Part shown: in pieces, positions 45,701 to 53,837 of the stretch | How positions within the stretch are numbered: the stretch's first letter is position 1 | Layout: each line of letters opens with the position of its first letter | Source: Candidatus Bathyarchaeia archaeon | Lineage (GTDB): Archaea; Thermoproteota; Bathyarchaeia; TCS64 | Direction of reading: 5' to 3' | DNA: 64,000 nucleotides | Assembly (NCBI GenBank): GCA_050014495.1 | Contig: JBEKDF010000009.1 | Coordinates: 14,229 to 78,228 of the forward strand | Translations under genes and position numbers: made by a program | The notes under the pieces: model-generated | The model's input: only the letters and a program-made list of their open reading frames with translations | Databases searched by the model: none | What the model was told of the DNA's origin: nothing

Positions 45701-45758
45701 CACAGATCTTGAGATACTTAGCCAGGTGAAGGCCGCCTTAGAGGAGGCGAAGCAATGA
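42756..45758 (+). CDS. hdrA: fused double HdrA (QmoA-like module plus full HdrA module in one polypeptide)
   Basis: The N-terminal half parallels 38997-40304 (VVGGGIAGIQAALDLA, NDCAMCILAPKL, YCSGVCCMYAIKEA). The C-terminal half parallels 40301-41974 (VGVFVCWCGINIG, EMANIRDQCSWVH, VGGGVSGMTVAL, CSGCQMCAAVCE, CKGCGVCAATCP). Confidence 0.85.
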   Translation: MKKTGSVMVVGGGIAGIQAALDLADSGFKVYIVEREPSIGGVMTQLDKTFPTNDCAMCILAPKLVSAGRHPNIQLLTYSEIKSLQGKEGNFTATILKKARHVDPAKCKGCGDCATKCPTSAIDTYNANLNDRKAVYIRFSQAVPLTYAIDKDKCLGCGICSEVCKADAIKYDDVDEELKLNVGSVILAPGFEAFDPSKLSELGYGRYPNVVSSIEFERILSATGPYRGVVLRPSDGDMPKKVAFLQCVGSRDARVGNPYCSGVCCMYAIKEAVIAQEHNPGLEASVFFMDIRAFGKEFDDYYTRAEHEHGIKFIRSRVGHIEQDPDTDSLNLTYEEGGEVKQNRYDMVVLGVGLNPPKSAEQLSKAIGFTLNKYGFAETKLFSPLETSRKGVYVCGAFSSPKDIPDSVAQASGAAAKAAKAISSVRGTQVNPIMFPTERDIANEEPRVGVFVCWCGINIGGVVNVPSVAAYAKKLPHVAYAEENLYTCSQDTQDRIKNTIIEYKLNRVVVASCTPRTHEPLFRATLREAGLNEYLFEMANIRDQCSWVHMHEKEAATKKAEDLIRMAVAKASLLQPLEKHKIHVTPGALIVGGGVSGMTVALEIADQGYEVHLVEKEAELGGNMKRIKFLPSGEDPAAELAKLEARVRKNPNIRLYTGTQVVEIDGYVGNFETTLVSTEKETQIKHGVVIVATGGVEYTPKEYEYGKHPDVMTQFQLEERLHGGYKPNTVVMIQCVGSRNEEHPNCSRVCCTGAVNNALKVKEANPAADIYILYKDMRTYGFKEDYYRAAANKGVIFIRYDDGHKPEVLAQGGLKVKVLDLVLMENVVIEPDALVLSAGVLPAADNKRLAGMLKVPISKDGFFLEAHMKLRPLDFATEGVYLCGLAHGPKTIDECISQASGAAARALTILSHDEIEAEGAIASVDEDACSGCQMCAAVCEFKAIEMVKKGDKIHSHVIAEVCKGCGVCAATCPSGAITVGHFTDLEILSQVKAALEEAKQ

Positions 45759-46186
45759 GCGAATACGAGCCCAAGCTAGTCGGCTTCCTCTGCAACTGGT
45801 GCAGCTACGCTGGCGCAGACCTCGCCGGAGTCAGCAGGTTCCAGTACCCGACTAGCCTGCGTATAATACGAGTCATGTGCAGCGGCAGGGTCCACCCCGC
45901 ACACATATTGGAAGCTTTCAAGGATGGTGCCGACGGCGTCTTAGTCGCAGGGTGTCACACCCCAAGCGACTGCCACTATATCTCGGGAAACTTCAAGGCG
46001 CAGCGGCGTGTGGCCATGGTCAAAAAGCTCATGGAGCAGCTTGGCATCGACCCAGAGAGGCTTCGCCTCGAGTGGATAAGCGCAGCCGAGGGAGAAAAAT
46101 TCGCGAAGACCATAAGGGAGATGACAGAGGACCTGAAGAAGCTTGGTCCGAGCCCGGTCGTTAAGTCCCTTAGGAAGGCTGACTGA
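45755..46186 (+). CDS. mvhD: MvhD (methyl-viologen-reducing hydrogenase delta subunit-like, [2Fe-2S])
   Basis: FLCNWCSYAGADLAG, VMCSGRV and GADGVLVAGCHTPSDCHY. 143 aa. Confidence 0.85.
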   Translation: MSEYEPKLVGFLCNWCSYAGADLAGVSRFQYPTSLRIIRVMCSGRVHPAHILEAFKDGADGVLVAGCHTPSDCHYISGNFKAQRRVAMVKKLMEQLGIDPERLRLEWISAAEGEKFAKTIREMTEDLKKLGPSPVVKSLRKAD

Positions 46187-46187
46187 C

Positions 46188-46697
46188 ATGGAACAATCTG
46201 AGATAAGGATCACCACCGAGGGGAAAGAGTTCAGGAACGAGGTGATGGCGACCCACGGCGCGGACAAGTTGATGCTGTGCTATCAGTGCGGCACGTGCAG
46301 CAGCGACTGCCCGGTAGCTAAAAGAGTCCCTGAGTTCCGCCCACGTAACATCGCTCGCTTAGCCATCTATGGGCAGAAGAACCGCCTCCTCGACGGCGAC
46401 CTCGTCTGGCTATGCGCTGGTTGCTACACCTGCTACGAGAGGTGCCCCCAGAAGGTGCACGTTAGCGAGATAGTATCCGCCCTCAGGCAGCTAGCCCTAA
46501 GGGAGGGTAAGCTGCATCCCACAATCAAGTCTATAGTCACAAGCATCCCTAGGCTCGGATACATCAGCGAAATCGGTGAGTTTGAGAACGAGATGCGAGG
46601 CGAGGACGGGCTACCACCCGCACCCACTCCCGCCACAGAGGAGATCAAAGCTATAATGAAGAAGACCGGCATCCTCAGCCGCGTCGGGGGCGAGTAG
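46188..46697 (+). CDS. hdrC: HdrC-like 2x[4Fe-4S] protein
   Basis: CYQCGTCSSDCP and CAGCYTCYERCP. The start is moved to ATG 46188, just after the mvhD stop. Confidence 0.8.
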   Translation: MEQSEIRITTEGKEFRNEVMATHGADKLMLCYQCGTCSSDCPVAKRVPEFRPRNIARLAIYGQKNRLLDGDLVWLCAGCYTCYERCPQKVHVSEIVSALRQLALREGKLHPTIKSIVTSIPRLGYISEIGEFENEMRGEDGLPPAPTPATEEIKAIMKKTGILSRVGGE

Positions 46698-46699
46698 AG

Positions 46700-47560
46700 A
46701 TGGAGTACGCCTTCTTCGTCGGATGCACCGTGTTGAGTAGGTTACCCGGCTACGAGAAGTCCGCACGCAAGGTAGCGGAGAAGCTGGGTGTCGAGCTCGT
46801 CGACATGCCCGGCTCAAGCTGCTGCGGTACAACTTATATGGAGACCCTGGACCGTAAGACGGCCCTCGCCCTCGCAGCACGTAACATCGCGATAGCGGAG
46901 GAGATGGGCCTTGACATAGTCACTGTATGCAATGGCTGCACCGAGAACCTCACAAAGACAAACAAGACGCTCAAGGAGGACCCTACGCTCCGAGCCGAGG
47001 TCAATGAGATACTCAAGGATACCGGCAAACAGTTCAAGGGCACCGTCAACGTCAAACACTATGTTAGGATGCTCAAGGAGGATGTCGGCCTCGACAAGGT
47101 CAAGGCAGCATCCGTGAAGCCATTCAAGGGCCTCAGAGTGGGTGCCCACTACGGTTGCCACCTCCTAAAGCCTAGCGACGAGATGCTCTTCGAGGACCCT
47201 AACGACCCAAAGGTGCTCGATGACCTGATCCACGTCACTGGTGCGGAGAGCATCGACTACCCGGGCAAGACTGAGTGTTGCGCCGGCCCTGTGATGGGCA
47301 TCAGGGAGAAGGTTACGTGGGATGTCGGTATGGGAAAGGTCGAGACCGTCAAGAGGTACGCCGACGCCATGACGACCTGCTGCCCATTCTGCTACATAAC
47401 ATATGAGAGATGCCAGTTCATGACTGAGAACAATCCAGGCCTCCCAGTCGTCCACATCACCCAGCTACTCGGCCTCGCAATGGGCCTCTCAGCTGAAGAG
47501 GTTGGGTTGAGCTCAAACAAGGTGGATGCCAGCGTGCTTCTGGCGAAGCAGGAGACATAA
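46700..47560 (+). CDS. hdrB: HdrB-like CCG-domain protein
   Basis: FVGCT...SSCCGT and HYGC...ECCAGP...CPFC. Confidence 0.85.
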   Translation: MEYAFFVGCTVLSRLPGYEKSARKVAEKLGVELVDMPGSSCCGTTYMETLDRKTALALAARNIAIAEEMGLDIVTVCNGCTENLTKTNKTLKEDPTLRAEVNEILKDTGKQFKGTVNVKHYVRMLKEDVGLDKVKAASVKPFKGLRVGAHYGCHLLKPSDEMLFEDPNDPKVLDDLIHVTGAESIDYPGKTECCAGPVMGIREKVTWDVGMGKVETVKRYADAMTTCCPFCYITYERCQFMTENNPGLPVVHITQLLGLAMGLSAEEVGLSSNKVDASVLLAKQET

Positions 47561-47562
47561 CA

Positions 47563-48531
47563 ATGGAGAAGCTCAAGTTCGGGTTCTACTGGGCAGCAAG
47601 TTGCGGAGGCTGCGAGATCGCCGTCCTGGACATCGACGAGAAGATACTCGATGTGATGCAGATCGCAGACATCGTCTTCTGGCCCGTAGCCATGGATGTG
47701 AAGTATAAAGACGTCGAGGCCATGGCGGACGGCTACATGGATGTCTGCTTCTTCAACGGGGGCATACGCAACTCGGAGCAAGAACACCTAGCGAAGATGC
47801 TGCGCAAGAAGTCGAAGTACATCGTTGCTTTCGGCGTTTGCGCCCAGCTAGGCGGAGTCCCCGGTCTCGCAAACCTCAGCAACAGGAAAGATATCTTCGA
47901 AAGGGTATATCACACAACGGAGTCGACGGACAACATCGCAAATACGGAGCCGCAGACCAAGCACACACTCCCCGAGGGTAGCTCCGAGATACCTGTCTTT
48001 CAGGAGACCGTCAAACCCCTAGACCATGTCATATCCGTCGACTACTATCTCCCCGGTTGCCCGCCGCCACCTAAACTCATCTTCAACGCAATCGACGCCA
48101 TCGCGAAGGGCCAACTACCCAAGAAGGGCAGTATTCTCGCCCCTGAGCTCGCCGTCTGCGATGAATGCCCCAGGAAGAAGGAGGAGAAGAAGATATCCTC
48201 CATCAAGAGGATCATCGACTTCACACCCGAGCCAGAGAAGTGTCTGCTAGAGCAGGGACTCGTCTGCATGGGCCCAGCCACACGTGGGGGATGCGACGCG
48301 AAGTGCCTCGGCGCGAACATGCCCTGCACAGGCTGCGGAGGAGCATGCCCAGGAGCCATAGAGCAGGGATCAGCCATGATCAGCGCCCTCTCTACTGTTC
48401 TCGGCATCGACGACGAGAAAGGCGAGGGCTACGATGTAGACGCCGTAGTGGCGCAGCTGAAGGATCCCGTCGGGACCTTCTACAAGTACGCGTTACCAGC
48501 TTCAATTATAGGTAGGAGAATCAAAAAATGA
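47563..48531 (+). CDS. mvhG: [NiFe]-hydrogenase small subunit, Mvh/group 3c-like
   Basis: FYWAASCGGCEIAVLDIDEKILD plus distal Cys clusters (CDECP, CMGPATRGGCDAKC, CTGCGGAC). Confidence 0.85.
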   Translation: MEKLKFGFYWAASCGGCEIAVLDIDEKILDVMQIADIVFWPVAMDVKYKDVEAMADGYMDVCFFNGGIRNSEQEHLAKMLRKKSKYIVAFGVCAQLGGVPGLANLSNRKDIFERVYHTTESTDNIANTEPQTKHTLPEGSSEIPVFQETVKPLDHVISVDYYLPGCPPPPKLIFNAIDAIAKGQLPKKGSILAPELAVCDECPRKKEEKKISSIKRIIDFTPEPEKCLLEQGLVCMGPATRGGCDAKCLGANMPCTGCGGACPGAIEQGSAMISALSTVLGIDDEKGEGYDVDAVVAQLKDPVGTFYKYALPASIIGRRIKK

Positions 48532-49985
48532 AGACCATAACAATCGACCCCATCACGCGGCTAGAGGGCCATGGAAAGATCAGCATCTTCCTCAATGACC
48601 AGGGCAATGTGGAGAACGCCTACCTACAGATTCCAGAGCTTCGCGGCTTTGAGAAGTTCTGTGAAGGTCGCAGAGCGGAGGATATGCCAATAATCACTCC
48701 CCGTATCTGCGGAGTCTGCCCCGTAGCCCACCATTACGCTGCAACTAAGGCACTGGACGCCTGCTTTAACGTCGAGCCAACCGAGACGGCGAAGAAGCTC
48801 AGGGAGCTGATGTATACTGGCTACATCATCTACGACCACACTCTCCACTTCTACTTCCTGGGAGGTCCAGACTTCGTCGTTGGCCCAGATGCTCCCCCCT
48901 CGGAGAGGAATATCTTCGGTGTCCTCAAGCGGGTAGGTCTCGACGTCGGCAGGGATGTGATAAAGCACCGTGCGTACGGACAGAGGATAACCGAGATCAT
49001 CGGTGGGAAGGCGACTCACCCAACTTGTGGAGTCCCCGGCGGCATAAGTAAGGGACTCACCGAAGAGGAGAGAAACAAGATCGAGGAAATGGCGCGGAGC
49101 AGTGTGGAGTTCGCGAAATTCACACTCAGCGTCTTCAATGACATAGTGCTCAAGAATAAGCAGTATGTTGACATGATCTTCAGCGACCCCTACCGCTTAG
49201 ATGCCTACAACATGGGCCTAGTTGACGAAAATAACCACGTCAACTTCTATGATGGTGACATCAGAGTAACCGATCAGCAGGGTGAGGAGCTCGAACGATT
49301 CAAGGCTGCCGACTATCTCGACCATATCGCCGAGCGTGTCGAGTCGTGGACCTACAGCAAGTTCACTTACCTTAAGAAGGTGGGGTGGAGGGGGCTCACA
49401 GCGGGGCCGGAGAGTGGTATATACCGCGTCGGTCCATTGGGTAGGCTCAACGCGTCAGAGGGCATGGCAACGCCGCTGGCGAATGCGGAGTACAAGAGGA
49501 TGTACGAGACTCTAGGCGGTAAGCCAGTCCAATCGACCCTCGCATTCCACTGGGCCCGCCTAGTGGAACTTCTATACGCAGCTGAGCGCTCCCTCGAGCT
49601 CAGTACCGACCCATCGATAACAAAGTCCGACCTTCGTAACCCCATAGGGAAGCCCGGCGAAGGCATCGGGGTCGTCGAGGCCGCTCGCGGCACACTCTTC
49701 CACCACTACAAGCTCGACGATGACGCGATGGTGAAGAAGGCGAACCTCATAGTGGCAACCACGAACAACTACGCTGACATCTGCTGTAGCGTCCGCGATG
49801 CCGCCAAGGGACTAATCAAGGGAGGCGAGGTGAACGACGGCCTCCTTAACAGAGTGGAGATGGCGTTCCGCGCATACGATCCCTGCTTCGGCTGCAGTAC
49901 TCACAGCCTACCTGGTGAGGGGCCTCTCTCAGTCGAGGTCATCGGCGCAGACGGAAGCCTCGTAAAGAGTCTCAATAGGTACTAA
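48528..49985 (+). CDS. mvhA: [NiFe]-hydrogenase large subunit, Mvh/group 3c-like
   Basis: N-terminal RLEGHG...[11 protein letters not shown] and C-terminal DPCFGCSTH, followed by a 26-aa extension of the kind removed by the maturation protease. Confidence 0.9.
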   Translation: MKTITIDPITRLEGHGKISIFLNDQGNVENAYLQIPELRGFEKFCEGRRAEDMPIITPRICGVCPVAHHYAATKALDACFNVEPTETAKKLRELMYTGYIIYDHTLHFYFLGGPDFVVGPDAPPSERNIFGVLKRVGLDVGRDVIKHRAYGQRITEIIGGKATHPTCGVPGGISKGLTEEERNKIEEMARSSVEFAKFTLSVFNDIVLKNKQYVDMIFSDPYRLDAYNMGLVDENNHVNFYDGDIRVTDQQGEELERFKAADYLDHIAERVESWTYSKFTYLKKVGWRGLTAGPESGIYRVGPLGRLNASEGMATPLANAEYKRMYETLGGKPVQSTLAFHWARLVELLYAAERSLELSTDPSITKSDLRNPIGKPGEGIGVVEAARGTLFHHYKLDDDAMVKKANLIVATTNNYADICCSVRDAAKGLIKGGEVNDGLLNRVEMAFRAYDPCFGCSTHSLPGEGPLSVEVIGADGSLVKSLNRY

Positions 49986-49993
49986 TTTTTTTT
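49986..49993 (+). terminator. oligo-T run directly after the mvhA stop
   Basis: TAA followed by eight T residues, an archaeal-type terminator signal. Confidence 0.4.
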
Positions 49994-50131
49994 GGCTCCG
50001 ACTACCTCAAAGCGAAGAAGTCGACGGTGAAAGAGGCTCATCTTTACGAGGCATCCGACAAGGTATAGAAGTTAGCGCAAGCATGAATGTGAGACAAGAC
50101 CTTTAGAGGCGGACGGGTTTGATTTCTATTC

Positions 50132-50587
50132 ATGAGAACCCTGGTCATCGGAGTTGGCAACCTTCTGAGGACCGATGACGGGGTTGGAATCCACATAATC
50201 AAGGAGCTAAACGAGTTACACCCAGATGTTGACACCGTCGACGCTGCTATGGGGAGTGTGGAGATACTAGAAGCCATGAAAGGATATGACCGTGTCATCA
50301 TCGTCGATGCTATCGAGACAGGTGCAGAGGCGGGCACAATCTTTAGTGTTAACATCACACAAGGTGAGGATCCCCCCAAGATCACGTACAGCCACGGCAC
50401 TGATCTGATTACTATTTTACGCCTCGGACACCAGCTCTACGGCGAAGAGATGCCCAAGGAGATCATTCTCCTCGCCATAGAAGCTCAAGACACAACCACC
50501 ATCGGAGACGAACTCACAGAAAAGGTGCAGAGCGCGGTCAAAAAAACAATCAAAACCATACTCACTCTTCTAACGACGAATCGATAG
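50132..50587 (+). CDS. hydrogenase maturation endopeptidase (HycI/FrhD/HoxM family)
   Basis: MRTLVIGVGNLLRTDDGVGIHI...IIVDAI...HG. Confidence 0.8.
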   Translation: MRTLVIGVGNLLRTDDGVGIHIIKELNELHPDVDTVDAAMGSVEILEAMKGYDRVIIVDAIETGAEAGTIFSVNITQGEDPPKITYSHGTDLITILRLGHQLYGEEMPKEIILLAIEAQDTTTIGDELTEKVQSAVKKTIKTILTLLTTNR

Positions 50588-50713
50588 ATGATTGATAGAG
50601 CTATTTGGAACCTATCCGTATATCAAGAAGCTCGGATACAACCTTTGAAAGTTTTTAATGTTGTGAAGAATACTTCTAAAACATTATTAACCCTACCACT
50701 CCTCCCTTTAAGT

Positions 50714-51145
50714 ATGGTCAAGCTAGAAGGATTCAATTTTCCCGAAGACCTCTACTATCACCGCGAGCATATGTGGGTCAAAGTCGAGGGTGACAAGGTG
50801 CGTGTTGGTTACAACGACTGGGCCCAAAAGGCGGCAGGTAAGCTACTTAGCCTCAAGACGAAGCGACCAGGCGCCCCTGTCGAGATGGGGAAAACACTCG
50901 GCAGCATCGAGTCCGGTAAGTGGGTCGGCAGCCTCAAGGTCCCCGTAAGCGGTGAACTAGTGCAGCTGAACGAAGATGTCCTTAAGACCCCTAACCTCAT
51001 CAACAGCGACCCCTACGGAAAGGGTTGGGTTGCTATAATTAAGCCCTCCAAGCTTCAGGACGAGCTAAAGACTCTGATCAGTGGAAAAGACACCGCTGGT
51101 CTAGAGGCTTGGCTCAAGGAAGAGCGGGCCAAGGCGAAGCAATAG
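50714..51145 (+). CDS. GcvH-like lipoyl-carrier protein
   Basis: YHREHMWVKVEGDKVRVGYNDWAQ, a lipoyl-lysine context GSIESGKWVGSL, and SDPYGKGWV. The start is moved to Met 50714; 50588-50713 is AT-rich and promoter-like. Confidence 0.8.
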   Translation: MVKLEGFNFPEDLYYHREHMWVKVEGDKVRVGYNDWAQKAAGKLLSLKTKRPGAPVEMGKTLGSIESGKWVGSLKVPVSGELVQLNEDVLKTPNLINSDPYGKGWVAIIKPSKLQDELKTLISGKDTAGLEAWLKEERAKAKQ

Positions 51146-51181
51146 GCGGATGAGACTATAGAGAACTGGCGCCTCATCGAT

Positions 51182-52249
51182 ATGGGCCACCCCGAACCCC
51201 TAATAGCTCAGACCTTCTATGAATCCGTCGCCGAGGCAGTGGAGAAGGGATCAAGCCCTAATACCCTCATCATGCTCCAGCCTGGAGCGCCGTACGCTTG
51301 CGTCGGATATCATCAGGACATTGAGAAAGAGATAGATCTCGAATACTGCCGTAGCATTGGTCTCCCAATCATTCGAAGGAGCCAGGGTGGGGGTGCAACC
51401 TATCTAGACGGTAACCAGGTTTTTTATCAAATAGTAGCCAAAAATACAGAGGCATATCCCCCCACTGTCGATGCGATGTTTAAAAAGCTGTTAGCGGTCA
51501 CAGTCGAGACCTACAGACGTCTCGGTGTTCCTGCAGAGTTTAAACCGCTGAACGATGTAGTCGTCAAAGGTAAAAAGATCAGTGGAAATGGTGCCAGCAT
51601 GAATGGGTCGACTTCCATCTTGGTCGGCAATATCATCCTCGATATGAACTACGACATGATGGCCCGCGTACTCAGGGTCCCCGACGAGAAGTTCCGTGAC
51701 AAAATGGCTAAAAGTATGAGGGAGTGGGTGAGCAGCCTTAAGCGCGAGTTGCCTAACCCGCCAGACGGGGAGGAGGTCAAACGAGTCTACACCAAAACCT
51801 TCCAAGATCTCCTAGGGGTCCAGCTAACCAATGCGGAGCCAACTGCGGAGGAGTGGCGGATCTACGATACTGAGACCAAGCCGCGAAACCAGAGTCGTGA
51901 ATGGCTCTACATGGAGGCCCCCTATTCTACGCGCAAACCCGGCAGGGCAGTGAAGATAGCCCACGAGGTCAAGATCGTTGAATCGGATTATAAAGCGGGT
52001 AAACTCATCCGTGTGAGAGCTGAGATGAAGGGTGAAGAGATACTCGACTTAAGGATAACCGGTGATTTCTTCTCGATTCCTAAGGAGGCTATATTCCACC
52101 TTGAGGAAGTCCTACGGGGCATTCATTTAGACGAAGCGTTACTCCGTTCGGAGATAGGACAATTCTATGCGAAGGAGAAACCTGAGATCCCCGGTGTAAG
52201 CCCAGAGGACATGGTCCAGGCCATATTGAAGATCAAAACAATGCTCTGA
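51182..52249 (+). CDS. lplA: lipoate-protein ligase A
   Basis: RRSQGGGATYLDGNQVFYQI, KGKKISGNGA and VLRVPDEKFRDKMAKSMREWV. The true N-terminus may lie 8 codons upstream at a non-ATG codon (see findings). Confidence 0.8.
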   Translation: MGHPEPLIAQTFYESVAEAVEKGSSPNTLIMLQPGAPYACVGYHQDIEKEIDLEYCRSIGLPIIRRSQGGGATYLDGNQVFYQIVAKNTEAYPPTVDAMFKKLLAVTVETYRRLGVPAEFKPLNDVVVKGKKISGNGASMNGSTSILVGNIILDMNYDMMARVLRVPDEKFRDKMAKSMREWVSSLKRELPNPPDGEEVKRVYTKTFQDLLGVQLTNAEPTAEEWRIYDTETKPRNQSREWLYMEAPYSTRKPGRAVKIAHEVKIVESDYKAGKLIRVRAEMKGEEILDLRITGDFFSIPKEAIFHLEEVLRGIHLDEALLRSEIGQFYAKEKPEIPGVSPEDMVQAILKIKTML

Positions 52250-52251
52250 TC

Positions 52252-53757
52252 TCAGCTGTGGAGCTTGATTCGAGCCTCGGCGGAATCCAATTTCTGCAGT
52301 GCTTCCCTAATTCTTTCTAGTCTTTCCGAGTGACGCTTCTCTTGCTCTGTTAGACTTTTCTTCCTATTTGCAATCATCTTTCTTACCGATTCCGGGGCTG
52401 GTCCACCAGTCGTGCTTCTCCCCAGCAGGTTTTGGTTAAGATCGAGAGCCGAGGTCAATTCCTCGATTGAGACGTCGATCCTCCTACCAATAATCTTCTC
52501 GGAGGCTTTTGCTATCATTTCTGGGCCTATCTCTTCCGCATTCTTTTCCTCCTCTAATGCCTTTATTACAACTTCTACGATGATATCGTGTGCTTGGCGG
52601 AAGCTGATGCCATGGTTTCTCACGAGGGTGTCAGCGAGGTCGGTTGCTGTGGTGAAGCCCTTTCTTAGGTTCTTAAGCATCACGTCCCTCTTCGGGGTGA
52701 GAGTTGCAACGGCTCCCGCCATCACCTTCGTACTTCCCACGGCCGTGTCTAGAGCCACAGGTTCGAGTAGTATCCTGTCGACGGTATTCGTGTATGTGAC
52801 ACCCTTGACTGAGGCTACCGTAGAGACTAGGTTTCCAATCGACTCAGCTGAGTAACTCTTAATGTATTCAAACTCAAGGGGATTCTTCTTTTGTGGCATG
52901 ATGCTGCTCGTCCCTGCGTATGCCTCGTCGATGTCGATCATGTTGTACTCGTCACTGCTCCAGATCTGGAGATCCTCTGAGAGGCGCCCGATCTGCGTCA
53001 GATGGATTGCGATGGCTGAAGCAAGCTCGATGACGTAGTCGATGGTGGCTACTGCGTCGGTACTGTTCTCACAAAGGCCATCGAAACCTAGGTACTCCCT
53101 CATCTTCTCCCGGTTGACGTCCCAGCTTGTCCCAGCGAGGGCAGCAGCCCCCATGGTGCTCAGGTTCGTTCGATTGTAGACACCCTCAAGCCGCTCCACA
53201 GTGCGTGCGGCTGCTTCTACGTGGGCGAGGATGTAGTGAGCGAGCGTCACGGGTTGAGCTTGTCTGATGTGTGTGTAGCCCGGCATGAGTGTCTCGACAT
53301 TATCCTCCGCTTTCCCGATGAGTAGTCTCTGGAAATCGATGACTGCTCCTATGAGTCTCTCCGTCTGGTCCCTATAATAGATGCGGCGCTGGGCATGTCC
53401 CATATCGTTTCGACTCCTGCCGATGTGCATCTTTCCACCGACCTCACCCACTAGTTTGATGAGCGCGGTCTCCGTGGACATGTAACCGACGAGGGAGGCG
53501 TCCATTGTAGCCGCTTTCTCAACGGCATTGATCCCCTCGAGGATCCTACTAGTCTCCTCAGCTGTGATTATTTTCTGCTCCTCTAGCATGATGGTGTGGG
53601 CGCGGTGAATGAGGACTTGACCATAGTAGCTGGCTACATCGAAGCTCTGGGGGTTTCGCCTCCCCTTGTTGAGTTCCGTGATCGACTCCGCCTCGGTTTT
53701 CTTCGCTCTGCCGAACCTCTCCCAGTCCGTCTTCGGATGCTCACCCATAGTAATCAA
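52252..53757 (-). CDS. fumarate-lyase superfamily enzyme, argininosuccinate-lyase-like
   Basis: SRNDMGHA and the family signature GTSSIMPQKKNP. The N-terminus lacks the usual ArgH WGGRF motif and a coiled-coil C-terminal tail is present, so the substrate is uncertain. Confidence 0.7.
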   Translation of the reverse strand: MITMGEHPKTDWERFGRAKKTEAESITELNKGRRNPQSFDVASYYGQVLIHRAHTIMLEEQKIITAEETSRILEGINAVEKAATMDASLVGYMSTETALIKLVGEVGGKMHIGRSRNDMGHAQRRIYYRDQTERLIGAVIDFQRLLIGKAEDNVETLMPGYTHIRQAQPVTLAHYILAHVEAAARTVERLEGVYNRTNLSTMGAAALAGTSWDVNREKMREYLGFDGLCENSTDAVATIDYVIELASAIAIHLTQIGRLSEDLQIWSSDEYNMIDIDEAYAGTSSIMPQKKNPLEFEYIKSYSAESIGNLVSTVASVKGVTYTNTVDRILLEPVALDTAVGSTKVMAGAVATLTPKRDVMLKNLRKGFTTATDLADTLVRNHGISFRQAHDIIVEVVIKALEEEKNAEEIGPEMIAKASEKIIGRRIDVSIEELTSALDLNQNLLGRSTTGGPAPESVRKMIANRKKSLTEQEKRHSERLERIREALQKLDSAEARIKLHS

Positions 53758-53837
53758 GTAGAAAACCTCGCAACCACGGTTTAAAACAGCGCGTTGAGGG
53801 TTAGTCTTAAAGGCTACAATCTCACTTCGCTCATATA

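Noticed and set aside
38997-49985. Selenocysteine (in-frame TGA) recoding in hdrA, mvhD or mvhA, as in some methanogens.
   Set aside because: All Hdr and Mvh ORFs are continuous with Cys at the relevant motif positions. The adjacent-gene junctions change frame, so no in-frame TGA read-through is implied.
51143-51145. TAG between gcvH-like and lplA as pyrrolysine or programmed read-through.
   Set aside because: TAG clearly terminates many well-defined genes here (for example the stops at 9652, 38995, 41974, 46697 and 50587). No pyl genes were seen. A mutated or near-cognate start (ATA) explains the data more simply. The point is kept only as a minor alternative in the findings.
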